Part shown: piece after piece, positions 10,946-19,457 of the stretch
Layout: the number at the start of each line of letters is the position of its first letter
Position numbering within the stretch: the stretch's first letter is position 1
Assembly: GCA_046331705.1 (NCBI GenBank)
Contig: JAXLQJ010000052.1
Location: forward strand, 1-49,671
Source: a bacterium
GTDB lineage: Bacteria; JADJOY01
DNA length: 49,671 nt
Direction of reading: 5' to 3'
Notes under the pieces: model-generated
The model's database searches: none
Told to the model about the DNA's origin: nothing
What the model saw: the letters and a program-made list of their open reading frames with translations, nothing else
Program-made: the position numbers and the translations under genes

Positions 10946-11752
10946 TCAGCGCTTGGCCATGCGATCGAGGGTGGTGCGCTTCACCTGCTTGCGCATGAAC
11001 TCCGGTGCGACCGCGCGCACGACGTAGCCGGCGCGGATTCCTCCCGGAACCGTGACCTCGTGCTGGCCGCGTTCGAGGGCGCGGAACGTCGCTTGGATCA
11101 CTTGCTCGGGCCGGATCATCGAATCCTTGGCGACCGGAGGCATGCGGGCGCGGGCTTCGTCGTCGAAGAACTCGGTGTCGACCGCGCCCGGGCAGACCGT
11201 GAGCACGTGAACGCCTTGCTCCTCGACCTCGATCGACAGCGCCTCGGCGAGGCCGACCATCGCGAACTTGGAGGCGGCGTAACCGCTCTCGTCGGGGACG
11301 CCGATCCGCCCCGCCACCGACGCCACGAACACGATCCAGCCGCGCTTGCGCTCCACCATCGCGGGCAAGAGCGCCTTGGTGAAATAGACCGACCCCAGGA
11401 AGTTGATGCGCATCATGCGCTCGATGTCGGCGACGTCCCATTCGAGGAACCGCGCGTGCCGCCCGTAGCCGGCGTTGTTCACGAGCACGTCGACGGCGCC
11501 CCATTCCGAGCGCACCTCGTTCACCGTGGCGCGCACCTCGTCGGGACTGCCGACGTCGCAGGTGAGCACCAGTGCGCGCCGTTCGAGCGCCCGGATCTCG
11601 GAGGCGACCGCCGCCAGCTTGTCGGTCTGGCGCGCCACCAACGCGACCCGCGCTCCGCGCCGCGCCAGCTCGAGCGCCAGCAATCGACCGATGCCCTGCG
11701 AGGCGCCCGTCACCAGCGCCGTCATGCCGTCGAACGATCGAATCTTCGCCAT
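10946..11752 (-). CDS. Short-chain dehydrogenase/reductase
   Basis: TGASQGIG, NNAG, YAASK. Confidence 0.95.
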   Translation of the reverse strand: MAKIRSFDGMTALVTGASQGIGRLLALELARRGARVALVARQTDKLAAVASEIRALERRALVLTCDVGSPDEVRATVNEVRSEWGAVDVLVNNAGYGRHARFLEWDVADIERMMRINFLGSVYFTKALLPAMVERKRGWIVFVASVAGRIGVPDESGYAASKFAMVGLAEALSIEVEEQGVHVLTVCPGAVDTEFFDDEARARMPPVAKDSMIRPEQVIQATFRALERGQHEVTVPGGIRAGYVVRAVAPEFMRKQVKRTTLDRMAKR

Positions 11753-11895
11753 GGGGTCCTCGGGCTGCGGGGTGGATAGCGGTTCTACCGGTCGCGGGCG
11801 CAGGTCTCAACCGATGCCCCGGACCCCGTCCTCTTGGTAGGCTCGTGGGGACGCCCGTCGCACGGGCGGCGATCCCACGCAGACCGAGGGCCGGA

Positions 11896-14223
11896 ATGTC
11901 GACGCACCCCGCTCTTCCTTCGACCCGCGCGCGTCTCGCGCTCGTTGGTGCCGCGCTCGTGCTCGCGCTCGCGAGCGCTTGCACCCACACCCCGGATCCC
12001 AACCCGGGCCCGCTCGGAAAGCACGTCGATCCGTTCGTCGGCACCGGCGGCGTCCCGTGGGCGCAAGCGATGCTCTTTCCCGGCCCGACGATGCCGTTCG
12101 GCATGGTGCGGCTGAGCCCCGACACGTGCTTCCCGGGTGGGCTCACCATCGGCAGCATGGCGACCGCGGGCTATTGGGAGGGGCACGCAGCCACGTTCGG
12201 CTTCAGTCATACGCGGCTCTCCGGCACCGGCTCCTCGGCGGGTGGCCAGTTCCGAGTGCGCCCGTCGATCGGCGACGCGTCGCCGATCGGCCGCGACACC
12301 CATCCGCTCGCGATGTCGCACACCGACGAGAAGGCGTCTCCGGGCTACTACGGCACCTGGCTGCCCGACGTCTCGACGCTGGTCGAGCTGACGGCGAGCA
12401 CCCACGTGGGAGTGCACCGGTACACCTTCCCGGTGGCACAGGAGGGGCATCTCTGGATCGACGCGACCAGCGCCATCAACGGCGGCCACTCGACCGAGGG
12501 TCATGTGGAGGTGCGCCAGGGCGATCAGGAGGTCGTCGGCGAGGCGCGGGTGTTCGCAGGGTTCTACAGCGGGCTCAAGGGCTATTTCGTGGCGCGCTTC
12601 AGCGCGCCGTTCGCGACCGTCGCGACCTGGCAGGGCGGCGATCTCGAGGCGGGTCGGACCGTGGTCGATGGTGACGACGTGGGTGCCGACGTCGCGTTCG
12701 CGGCGCCGGCCTCCACCACGAGCGGCGCGGTGGTGGAAGTCCAGATCGGACTGAGCTTCGTGTCGCTCGCCAACGCCCGCGCCAACCTCGACGCCGAAAC
12801 CGGCGGCAAGTCGTTCGATGAGGTCTACGGCGAGGCGCGCGATGCCTGGGAGGCGGCGCTCGGGAAGATCGCGGTCGAGAGCGCGGACGACTCCGTGCTC
12901 ACCAACTTCTACACGTCGCTCTACCACTCGCTGATCATGCCCACCGATTTCACCGACGTGACTGGCGAGTACCTGGGCTTCGGCGCGCAGGTGGGAATCG
13001 CCGACGACTTCACGTACCGCACCGACCTGTCGATCTGGGACACCTTCCGCACCGAGCACCCGCTGCTCAACCTGATCGCGCCCGACGTTCAGCGCGACAG
13101 CCTGAAAAGCCTGGTGCGGATGGCGCGGATCGGCGGCACGCTGCCGCGCTGGCCGGCGGCGGATCACTACACCGGGTCGATGTTCGGCACACCCGCGGAC
13201 ATGGTGGTCGCCGAGTCGTACCTGAAGGGGCTCACCGACTTCGAGGCAGACGAGGCGTTCTCGTACATGAAGCTCACGGCGCTCGGCCCAGCGCCTGCGG
13301 GCGCGGACGGGCGGGAAGGAATCGAGCGCTGCCTGGCGCTCGGTTATTGCCCCAACGACGAGATGGACGAGTCGGTGGCCCGCACCCTCGAGTTCGCGTG
13401 GGCGGACGCGGCGATCTCCGGTCTGGCCACGGCGCTCGGCGAGCCGGACGACGCGGCACTCTTCGCGGACCACGCCCAGCACTACCGGAACCTCTGGAAC
13501 CCCGCCACGCGCTACTTCGATCAGCGCAACGCCGACGGCACCTTCTTCGAGCCGCTCTTGGTCGACTTCACGACCTACGTCGACGCGCTCTTCGGCAACT
13601 ACTACCTGCGCGGCTACGTCGAGGGCAGCCCGCGGCAATGGCGCTGGTCGGTGCCGCACGACCCGCAAGGGATGATCTCGCTCTTCGGCGGCAACGACGC
13701 GTTCGTGAGCGAGCTGGAAACGTTCATGGAGCAGGCGAGCCCCACGCGCGCCGCCGTCTATCCCGGCTCCGCCTACTGGCACGGCAACCAGCACGACATC
13801 CACGCGATCTATCTCTTCGACGAAGCGGGCCGCCCCGACCTCACGCAGCGATGGGTGCGCTGGGCGCTCACCGATCGCTACGCCGCGACCAGCGACGGCC
13901 TCGACGGCAACGACGACGGCGGCACGCTCTCCGCGTGGTACGTGCTCTCGGCGATGGGTTTCTACCCGGTGGGCGGCACCGACAAGTACTGGGTGGGCGC
14001 ACCGCTCGTCGATCGCGCCGAGCTGGTGCTACCGAGCGGCGAGAAGCTCATCGTGATCGCCGACAACCAGGCCCCCGAGAACGCCTACGTGCAGAGCGTG
14101 ACGCTCGACGGAGCGCCGCTTTGCGAGCCCACGTTCCGGCACGCAGCGATCGCCGACGGCGCCACCTTCCGCTTCCAGATGGGCCCCGCCGCCGCCCCCA
14201 ACGGCGGCTTCGACTGCGGGTGA
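11896..14223 (+). CDS. GH92 alpha-1,2-mannosidase family lipoprotein
   Basis: VDPFVGTGG, PFGMVRLSPDT, GFSHTRLSGTG, SIWDTFR, GNDDGGTLSAWY; lipobox LASAC. Confidence 0.92.
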   Translation: MSTHPALPSTRARLALVGAALVLALASACTHTPDPNPGPLGKHVDPFVGTGGVPWAQAMLFPGPTMPFGMVRLSPDTCFPGGLTIGSMATAGYWEGHAATFGFSHTRLSGTGSSAGGQFRVRPSIGDASPIGRDTHPLAMSHTDEKASPGYYGTWLPDVSTLVELTASTHVGVHRYTFPVAQEGHLWIDATSAINGGHSTEGHVEVRQGDQEVVGEARVFAGFYSGLKGYFVARFSAPFATVATWQGGDLEAGRTVVDGDDVGADVAFAAPASTTSGAVVEVQIGLSFVSLANARANLDAETGGKSFDEVYGEARDAWEAALGKIAVESADDSVLTNFYTSLYHSLIMPTDFTDVTGEYLGFGAQVGIADDFTYRTDLSIWDTFRTEHPLLNLIAPDVQRDSLKSLVRMARIGGTLPRWPAADHYTGSMFGTPADMVVAESYLKGLTDFEADEAFSYMKLTALGPAPAGADGREGIERCLALGYCPNDEMDESVARTLEFAWADAAISGLATALGEPDDAALFADHAQHYRNLWNPATRYFDQRNADGTFFEPLLVDFTTYVDALFGNYYLRGYVEGSPRQWRWSVPHDPQGMISLFGGNDAFVSELETFMEQASPTRAAVYPGSAYWHGNQHDIHAIYLFDEAGRPDLTQRWVRWALTDRYAATSDGLDGNDDGGTLSAWYVLSAMGFYPVGGTDKYWVGAPLVDRAELVLPSGEKLIVIADNQAPENAYVQSVTLDGAPLCEPTFRHAAIADGATFRFQMGPAAAPNGGFDCG

Positions 14224-14247
14224 GCGGCTTGGTCGCGTCCGTAGTTC

Positions 14248-14276
14248 GTAGGGGCGGGCTTCACGGCGCGCCGTAC
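14248..14276 (+). repeat. GTAG-type REP-like palindrome (single copy in this window)
   Basis: GTAGGGGCGGGCTTCACGGCGCGCCGTAC: GTAG tetranucleotide followed by an imperfect GC stem, 24 nt after the GH92 stop. Confidence 0.5.
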
Positions 14277-14331
14277 GATTTCGGCGCGGGTCGATCCGGA
14301 TCGTAAGCAGTCGTCCGACGCGACGCGGCCG

Positions 14332-14664
14332 TCAGCCGTGCGCGTTGCTTGTTGGATCACTCAACGTCACGCCGGCATGGCGTTCGGCGAACATGCGCAG
14401 GAAGGCGTCGCCCTCGTCCGACTCCGAGAGCAGGCTCAGCCCGATCCTGCTCTCGTGGCTCACGAGAAGCTTGAGCTCGCCGCGAACGAAGTCTGGGAGC
14501 AGTGCCTCTCCTGCGCCGAGAATCCAGCGTCCCTCGGAGCAAAATCCGTATCGGAGCCGTAACAGGACGTGCAGGCGGATCCAATCGAACAAGCCCGCAC
14601 GCCGCACCACCAGCACGAGGTGGCCGTTTGCCGCCGTGCCGAGGTGTGTGCGCTTGAATCGCAT
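14332..14664 (-). CDS. Hypothetical protein (110 aa)
   Basis: Protein-like composition; fills the gap between GH92 and the HNH gene; no recognisable motif. Confidence 0.5.
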   Translation of the reverse strand: MRFKRTHLGTAANGHLVLVVRRAGLFDWIRLHVLLRLRYGFCSEGRWILGAGEALLPDFVRGELKLLVSHESRIGLSLLSESDEGDAFLRMFAERHAGVTLSDPTSNAHG

Positions 14665-14791
14665 GGTCCTGGCATTTCGGCGCCGATGGGACCCGGCACG
14701 GGCTTGGATCCGCGCCGGTCACCTTCGGACGGAGGGCTCGCTCCCGCGCAAGACTCCTGGCTGTGTCGATCTCGTCATTGCGAGATCGATG

Positions 14792-14835
14792 TTGCCGATT
14801 TCGGTCGGTTTCATGTATAGTGAACGTATGATCAC
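14792..14835 (+). promoter_or_regulatory. Sigma-70-type promoter with an SOS-box-like operator over a leaderless start
   Basis: TTGCCG-18 nt-TATAGT, then 6 nt, then ATG at 14828; GTGAAC-GTAT-GATCAC palindrome at 14820-14835. Confidence 0.6.
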
Positions 14836-16198
14836 ATATCGCGGTGCGGGTGAAGATCGATCGCGAAGACCGGATATCGTCGGGAGAGAGCGAGTCGATC
14901 TCGCTTGCCGGACGGACGAGGGGATCTGTGACGAGATCACGACTCTTGCGGCTCAGATCAGTGCGGCTACCTATCGGTTCCTCGTTCTGGTCTCCGAGCT
15001 GGATCGGCGGCGGCCGTGGGGTGGGGACGGGATCGTGTCCACGGCGCACTGGTTGCGCGTTCGCTGCGGTATCGATCGGGTCGCGGCGCACGAGAAGGTG
15101 CGTGTGGCGCGAGCGCTGGATTCCCTGCCGCACGTTTCCGAGGCGTTCGCCCGCGGCCAGCTCAGCTACTCGAAGGTTCGTGCCATCACTCGGGTCGCGA
15201 CACCCGAGAACGAGGAGTCGCTCGCCGGCGCGGCGCGATTCGGCACCGCGGATCACGTCGAGAAGCTCGTCCGGCTCCATCGGCGTGTCGACCGGCAGCG
15301 CGAGGCGGCGGCCACGGCCGAGAGCCATGCCAAGAGGTTGCTGCGTTATTGGCAGAACGCCGACGGTTCGATCGGGTTCGAAGGCCGATTGCCGGCGGAG
15401 CAGGGCGCCGTGTTCGTCAACGCCCTTGCCGCGGCGCGCGACGCGCTGCAGGTGTTTCCAGCTGAAAACACCGCCGAGCCTGCCGAGGCTCGGAATGCGG
15501 ACGCGCTGCTGGTTCTCGCCGAGACCACGCTCGCACACGGTCCCACGGCCCAGGACGGTGGCGATCGGTACGTCGTGAGCGTCCACGTGACCGACACCGT
15601 TCTCACCGCCGAGGGCGATGGCCCTCCACCGGAGCTGGGCGACGGGACCCCGATCGCGGCCGAGACCGCACGGCGAATTGCCTGTGATTGCAGCCGGGTC
15701 TGTGTTCACGAGGGCGAGGGAGGCGAGATCCTGAGCGTCGGCCGTCGCACGCGACAGGTGCCCGCGGCGATTCGCCGTGCGCTGCGTGCTCGCGATCGAA
15801 AGTGTGCGTTCCCCGGGTGCATGAACAGCCGTTTCGTCGATGCCCACCACATCCAGCATTGGGTGGATGGCGGCGAGACGAAGCTCTCGAACCTCGTTCT
15901 CCTGTGCCGTCGCCACCACGGGGTGGTGCACGAGGGCGGCTGGCGCATCGAGCGCGTGGGCTCGGAGAACCGCTTCGTTGCTCCCCGTGGAGGGGTGCTC
16001 GCAGTCCCGACCGTCCACGGCGACGAGCACCTCGGGGCCGCGGAGCAGCTCGCGCGCGAGCACGAATCACGCGGGCTCGTCATCGGGCGCGACACGATCA
16101 TCCCCGAGTGGCGCGGCGAGCGGATCCTCTGGCACTGGGCGATCGACAACCTTCTCGATCGCAGCGGGGGGCGAAATCCGGTCGTGGGCCTGAGTTGA
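14828..16198 (+). CDS. DUF222 + HNH endonuclease (13E12-repeat-like)
   Basis: AHWL, GQLSYSKVRAITR, RRIACD, LRARDRKCAFPGC, DAHHIQHWVDGGET, NLVLLCRRHH. Confidence 0.9.
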   Translation: MITYRGAGEDRSRRPDIVGRERVDLACRTDEGICDEITTLAAQISAATYRFLVLVSELDRRRPWGGDGIVSTAHWLRVRCGIDRVAAHEKVRVARALDSLPHVSEAFARGQLSYSKVRAITRVATPENEESLAGAARFGTADHVEKLVRLHRRVDRQREAAATAESHAKRLLRYWQNADGSIGFEGRLPAEQGAVFVNALAAARDALQVFPAENTAEPAEARNADALLVLAETTLAHGPTAQDGGDRYVVSVHVTDTVLTAEGDGPPPELGDGTPIAAETARRIACDCSRVCVHEGEGGEILSVGRRTRQVPAAIRRALRARDRKCAFPGCMNSRFVDAHHIQHWVDGGETKLSNLVLLCRRHHGVVHEGGWRIERVGSENRFVAPRGGVLAVPTVHGDEHLGAAEQLAREHESRGLVIGRDTIIPEWRGERILWHWAIDNLLDRSGGRNPVVGLS

Positions 16199-16229
16199 CC
16201 CCCTCGATGGTGCGGCGGATCATGAGCAC

Positions 16230-16826
16230 ATGGCCAAGCGGGCTCCTGGAATGAAGTCCACCGCACCGATCGAGTGGGAGCAGTTCGTTGCGCTCGACGA
16301 GGACGATCCTCGTGAGCTCATCGACGGGGAGCTGGTGGAGGTCGAGGTGCCGAGCAAGATCCACGAGTGGATCGTTACGTGCCTCGTCTCGCTCTTGTGG
16401 ACCTGGGCGCGTGCGCACGGTGGGCTCGCGCTCGCCTCGGGCTACAAGGTGAGGATCACCGCAAGGCGTGCCGTCATGCCCGACGTTCAGTTCTTCCGGA
16501 AGGGTCGCGAGAGTGTCGGTGGAGACGATGGACTGACCGAGGGGGCACCGGACCTGGTGGTCGAGGTCGTGTCGAAGGCGTCACGCCGACACGATCGGGT
16601 GCGAAAGCTCGAGTGGTATCGCGAGATCCGAGTACCCGAATACTGGATCGTCGATCCCGAGGATCGGACGCTGGAACGGCTCGTGTTGGAGCGAGGCTCG
16701 TATCGGATGGCTGCAGCGCTCGCCGAGGAGGCCGTGTTTCGACCGGACTCGTTCCCGGGGCTTGCGATCGAGCTTGCGCAGCTCTGGACGCTGCCAGGTG
16801 CGGGCCGCAGCAAGTCGCCGCGCTGA
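16230..16826 (+). CDS. Uma2 (DUF820) PD-(D/E)XK-like endonuclease
   Basis: ELIDGEL, MPDV, GAPDLVVEVVS, DRVRKLEWY, EYWIVDP; start may be ATG 16251. Confidence 0.92.
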   Translation: MAKRAPGMKSTAPIEWEQFVALDEDDPRELIDGELVEVEVPSKIHEWIVTCLVSLLWTWARAHGGLALASGYKVRITARRAVMPDVQFFRKGRESVGGDDGLTEGAPDLVVEVVSKASRRHDRVRKLEWYREIRVPEYWIVDPEDRTLERLVLERGSYRMAAALAEEAVFRPDSFPGLAIELAQLWTLPGAGRSKSPR

Positions 16827-16864
16827 GCGGGTCTCCGCGAGGATTGCGCGTCGCCGCGAGTTCC

Positions 16865-18299
16865 TCAGGCACGCGACCGGCGCTTCGCACGGGAGCGGAC
16901 GCCGCGTGGCTTGTCGAGGCTTTCGCCCCAGCGAGCGAGGAACGCGCTGACGAAGCTCTGCGCTTGCGCGGGCTCGACGGCGAGCGAGCCGAGCGCCATC
17001 GCGACGGTGAGGGCGAGGTGGTAGCCCTCGGAGCGGGAGACGGCGGCGCGCTTGTAGGCCGGGTGCGCCTCGTTCACCCACACCGTGGACTCGACCAGCC
17101 GGCCGAGATCGTCGCTTTCGGGGCGATTCTCGAATTGGATGGCGAGTCCGTAGCGCATGGGACGCTTGGCCCCGGGCTTGGCGGGCAGCAGTCCCTGACC
17201 TTCGGCGTGCTCGGGCGGTTGGGTGGGAGGTGACGGCGGTGGTTCCGTGCCCAACGGAGCAGGTGCCGCGGGCTCGTCGCCGCTCGGGGTGACGTCGCTC
17301 GCCGCGTCCGTCGACGACGTGCTTTCGGGCCCAGCGAGAGGTGCGTCCGGCAGCGGTAGCTCTCCGGGATGGGTCGCCACCGGAAGCGGTGCGCCGTGCG
17401 GGTCGGGTCGCCCCATCGGCAGCTTCTTCTGGCCGCCTCGATAGCGCTCGACCAGCGTCGCCAGCAGCGGGAAATCGTCGGCGAGATCGACGAGCACCGA
17501 TTCGAGATCGCGCTCCAGCGGACGGGTCTTCTTGCGGCGCGACTCTTCGTCCGGTTCGCGAGCCTCGCCCCACTCGCCGAGCTGCGCCGAGACGGCTTCC
17601 TGGATGGACTTGCGATAGGCGAGGTATGTGGCACCGCGGTTTCCGGTGCGCAGGAAATCCGCTGCGCACCGTGATCGCCCAGCGCTCGCCGCCGTCCGCG
17701 ACCCGCGCCAGCTCGCGACCGTTCACCGCGAAGGTGATGCCGTGGGGATAGTGATCGGCGAGCATGTCGCGGAAGCCGCCGTCGAGCAGCGGCTGGAAGT
17801 GGCGCTGCAGCGTGGCCTCGAGGTAGCCCGGCTCGAGGAGCGGCGAGAGCGGATTCTTGAGCTTGAGCGGTACGGCCGTCCCCCGTTGGGTGACCAGCCC
17901 CAGCGGCGGCAGCCAGCGCCACGGCGCCTTGTGGCGCGAAGCGAGGTGCCACGCCGTGGCGATGTGCTGGCTCGCGCGTCGTGTTTCCGTGACGACCTCG
18001 TCGCAGAGCAGCAAGCCGAGCTTGATGCCGACTCCGGCGAAGCCGATGCCCTGGCCACGAGCCTTGGTGCTCGCGGCGAGATCGTGGAAGTGACGCAGGT
18101 CGCGCCGCACCATGCCCGAGCCGTCGTCGATCACCGTGAGCGAGGGCCCCGCGGGATCGGTCAGGAAGGAGATGTGCGTGGCACCGGAGTCGAGCGAGTT
18201 GGCGACGATCTCGGTGAGGATCGTTTCCTCGAGCGCGCCGGGATAGGCATCGCGCAAGTCCTCGAGCAGGTGCAGCAGGTCGACTCGGGTCTCACCCAC
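16865..18299 (-). pseudogene. GHKL (HATPase_c, Hsp90/MORC-like) ATPase, frameshifted near 17663
   Basis: EIVANSLDSGA, DDGSGM and GIGFAGVGIK motifs in the 5' frame; protein-like sequence resumes in another frame (ADFLRTG... to VWVNEAHPAY, stop 16865). Confidence 0.75.
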
Positions 18300-18309
18300 G
18301 ACGGCCTCG

Positions 18310-19350
18310 TCAGTTCGCCGAGTCGACGAGCACTTCTTCGCCGAAGGCGCCGTCGTGGGTGGGGTCGTCGTTGACCGAGTTTCGGGCGCGCTGCACGCGA
18401 ACCGGGCGCGCGCCGGCGGCGAGCGAGTCGCGGATGTCGCCGTCCGAGTCGCCGTAGCTCACCGCGGCGTGGACCTGCTTGAACGCGTCGACCTTGGGAT
18501 TGCGGTCGGTGAAGATGACGGGCTCCATCCCCGCGAGATCGAAGGTCTTCGCGATGAGCTCGGTCACCTTCTCGCTGCCGGTCCGCACGCGCTTGGTGAC
18601 GAAGTGGATGCGATCGCCGCGCATCTTGTGGAGCTTGATGAGCTCCACGGCGATCCATTTCTTCACGCTCCACTGATCGAGCTCGTTGTTCATCTTGCTC
18701 CAGAACTCCCGAAAGCGGCGGCGCGCGTCGTCCGACGGCAGGTCCGCCTCGCGAACCGGCGCGCCGGCTTTCACGACCTCGGCGCCGTAGGTTCGCGTTC
18801 CCCATTGGAACCCCGGGCTCGTGAAGAGCACGGTGTCGTCGACGTCGAAGACCACGTCGAGCGGCGCGGGTGGCAACGTGGCGGCGAGGGTCGCGAGATC
18901 CGTCCAGCGAATGCCGTCGCGGTGCCGAGCCATGGAGTGCGCGCACGGCATGGACGCGCCTTCGTGACACGGCATCTCGCCCTTCGCCTCGTGGCCGGGC
19001 TCGTGGTCGCACGGCATCGGCTCGCCGTCGCCGCCGTGTGCGCCCGGGGCGGAGTGGTCGCACGGTTCGCCGTCGGAATGTCCGCACGGCTTGCCGTCGG
19101 GCTCGTCACACGGTTTCTCGTCGTGGTGCGGACACGGCTCGCCGTGGTCGCTGCATGGCCCGGGTGCATCGCCATGATGCGCCCCCATGCACGGATGATC
19201 GCCGCCGCACGGCATCGCGTGGGGCGGCGGAGGCGCGTGGGGCGCCATCGGGGCCAGCGGCGGGCGTGGGCCGCACGCGACGGCGCAAGCGAGAATCGCC
19301 AGCGCCACGATGGACCGCGCGGATCGGATGCAGGGAAGGGAATGGAGCAT
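18310..19350 (-). CDS. aphA: Class B acid phosphatase (HAD) lipoprotein with a His/Cys-rich N-terminal insert
   Basis: VFDVDDTVLFTSPGF, FVTKR, YGDSDGDI, RARNS, GAFGEEV; lipobox AVAC. Confidence 0.85.
   Translation of the reverse strand: MLHSLPCIRSARSIVALAILACAVACGPRPPLAPMAPHAPPPPHAMPCGGDHPCMGAHHGDAPGPCSDHGEPCPHHDEKPCDEPDGKPCGHSDGEPCDHSAPGAHGGDGEPMPCDHEPGHEAKGEMPCHEGASMPCAHSMARHRDGIRWTDLATLAATLPPAPLDVVFDVDDTVLFTSPGFQWGTRTYGAEVVKAGAPVREADLPSDDARRRFREFWSKMNNELDQWSVKKWIAVELIKLHKMRGDRIHFVTKRVRTGSEKVTELIAKTFDLAGMEPVIFTDRNPKVDAFKQVHAAVSYGDSDGDIRDSLAAGARPVRVQRARNSVNDDPTHDGAFGEEVLVDSAN
18931..19215 (-). repeat. Ten Pro-Cys repeats rich in His/Asp/Glu, partly with 8-aa (24-nt) period
   Basis: EPCPHHDE-KPCDEPDG-KPCGHSDG-EPCDHSAP and flanking units. 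Confidence 0.85.
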
Positions 19351-19457
19351 GGTGGTCCTCGATGGGTGAGCGGGACGTGCACGAGTCGGATCGAGACTGT
19401 CTCAGGACCTCGACCCCATTCAACGGGACGAATGCGGAGCAGGCGCGGAGGCATGGG

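Noticed and set aside
11785-13803. 672-aa minus-strand ORF, and similar long ORFs at 22683-25163, 26962-29397, 45024-47783 and 45179-47719
   Set aside because: Shadow or alternate-frame ORFs overlapping well-supported genes; their composition is not protein-like.
14665-14790. Guide-like ncRNA beside the HNH gene (IscB/HEARO-type system)
   Set aside because: The protein shows no RuvC or PLMP motifs, the gap is short and holds divergent promoter sequence, and I see no convincing structure.
16581-17660. C-terminal half of the 572-aa ORF as a genuine ATPase tail
   Set aside because: Out-of-frame read-through after the break at about 17663; it also overlaps the Uma2 gene on the opposite strand.
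19040-19160. 24-nt periodic repeats as a possible CRISPR array
   Set aside because: Degenerate in-frame coding repeats with no unique spacers and no cas genes nearby.
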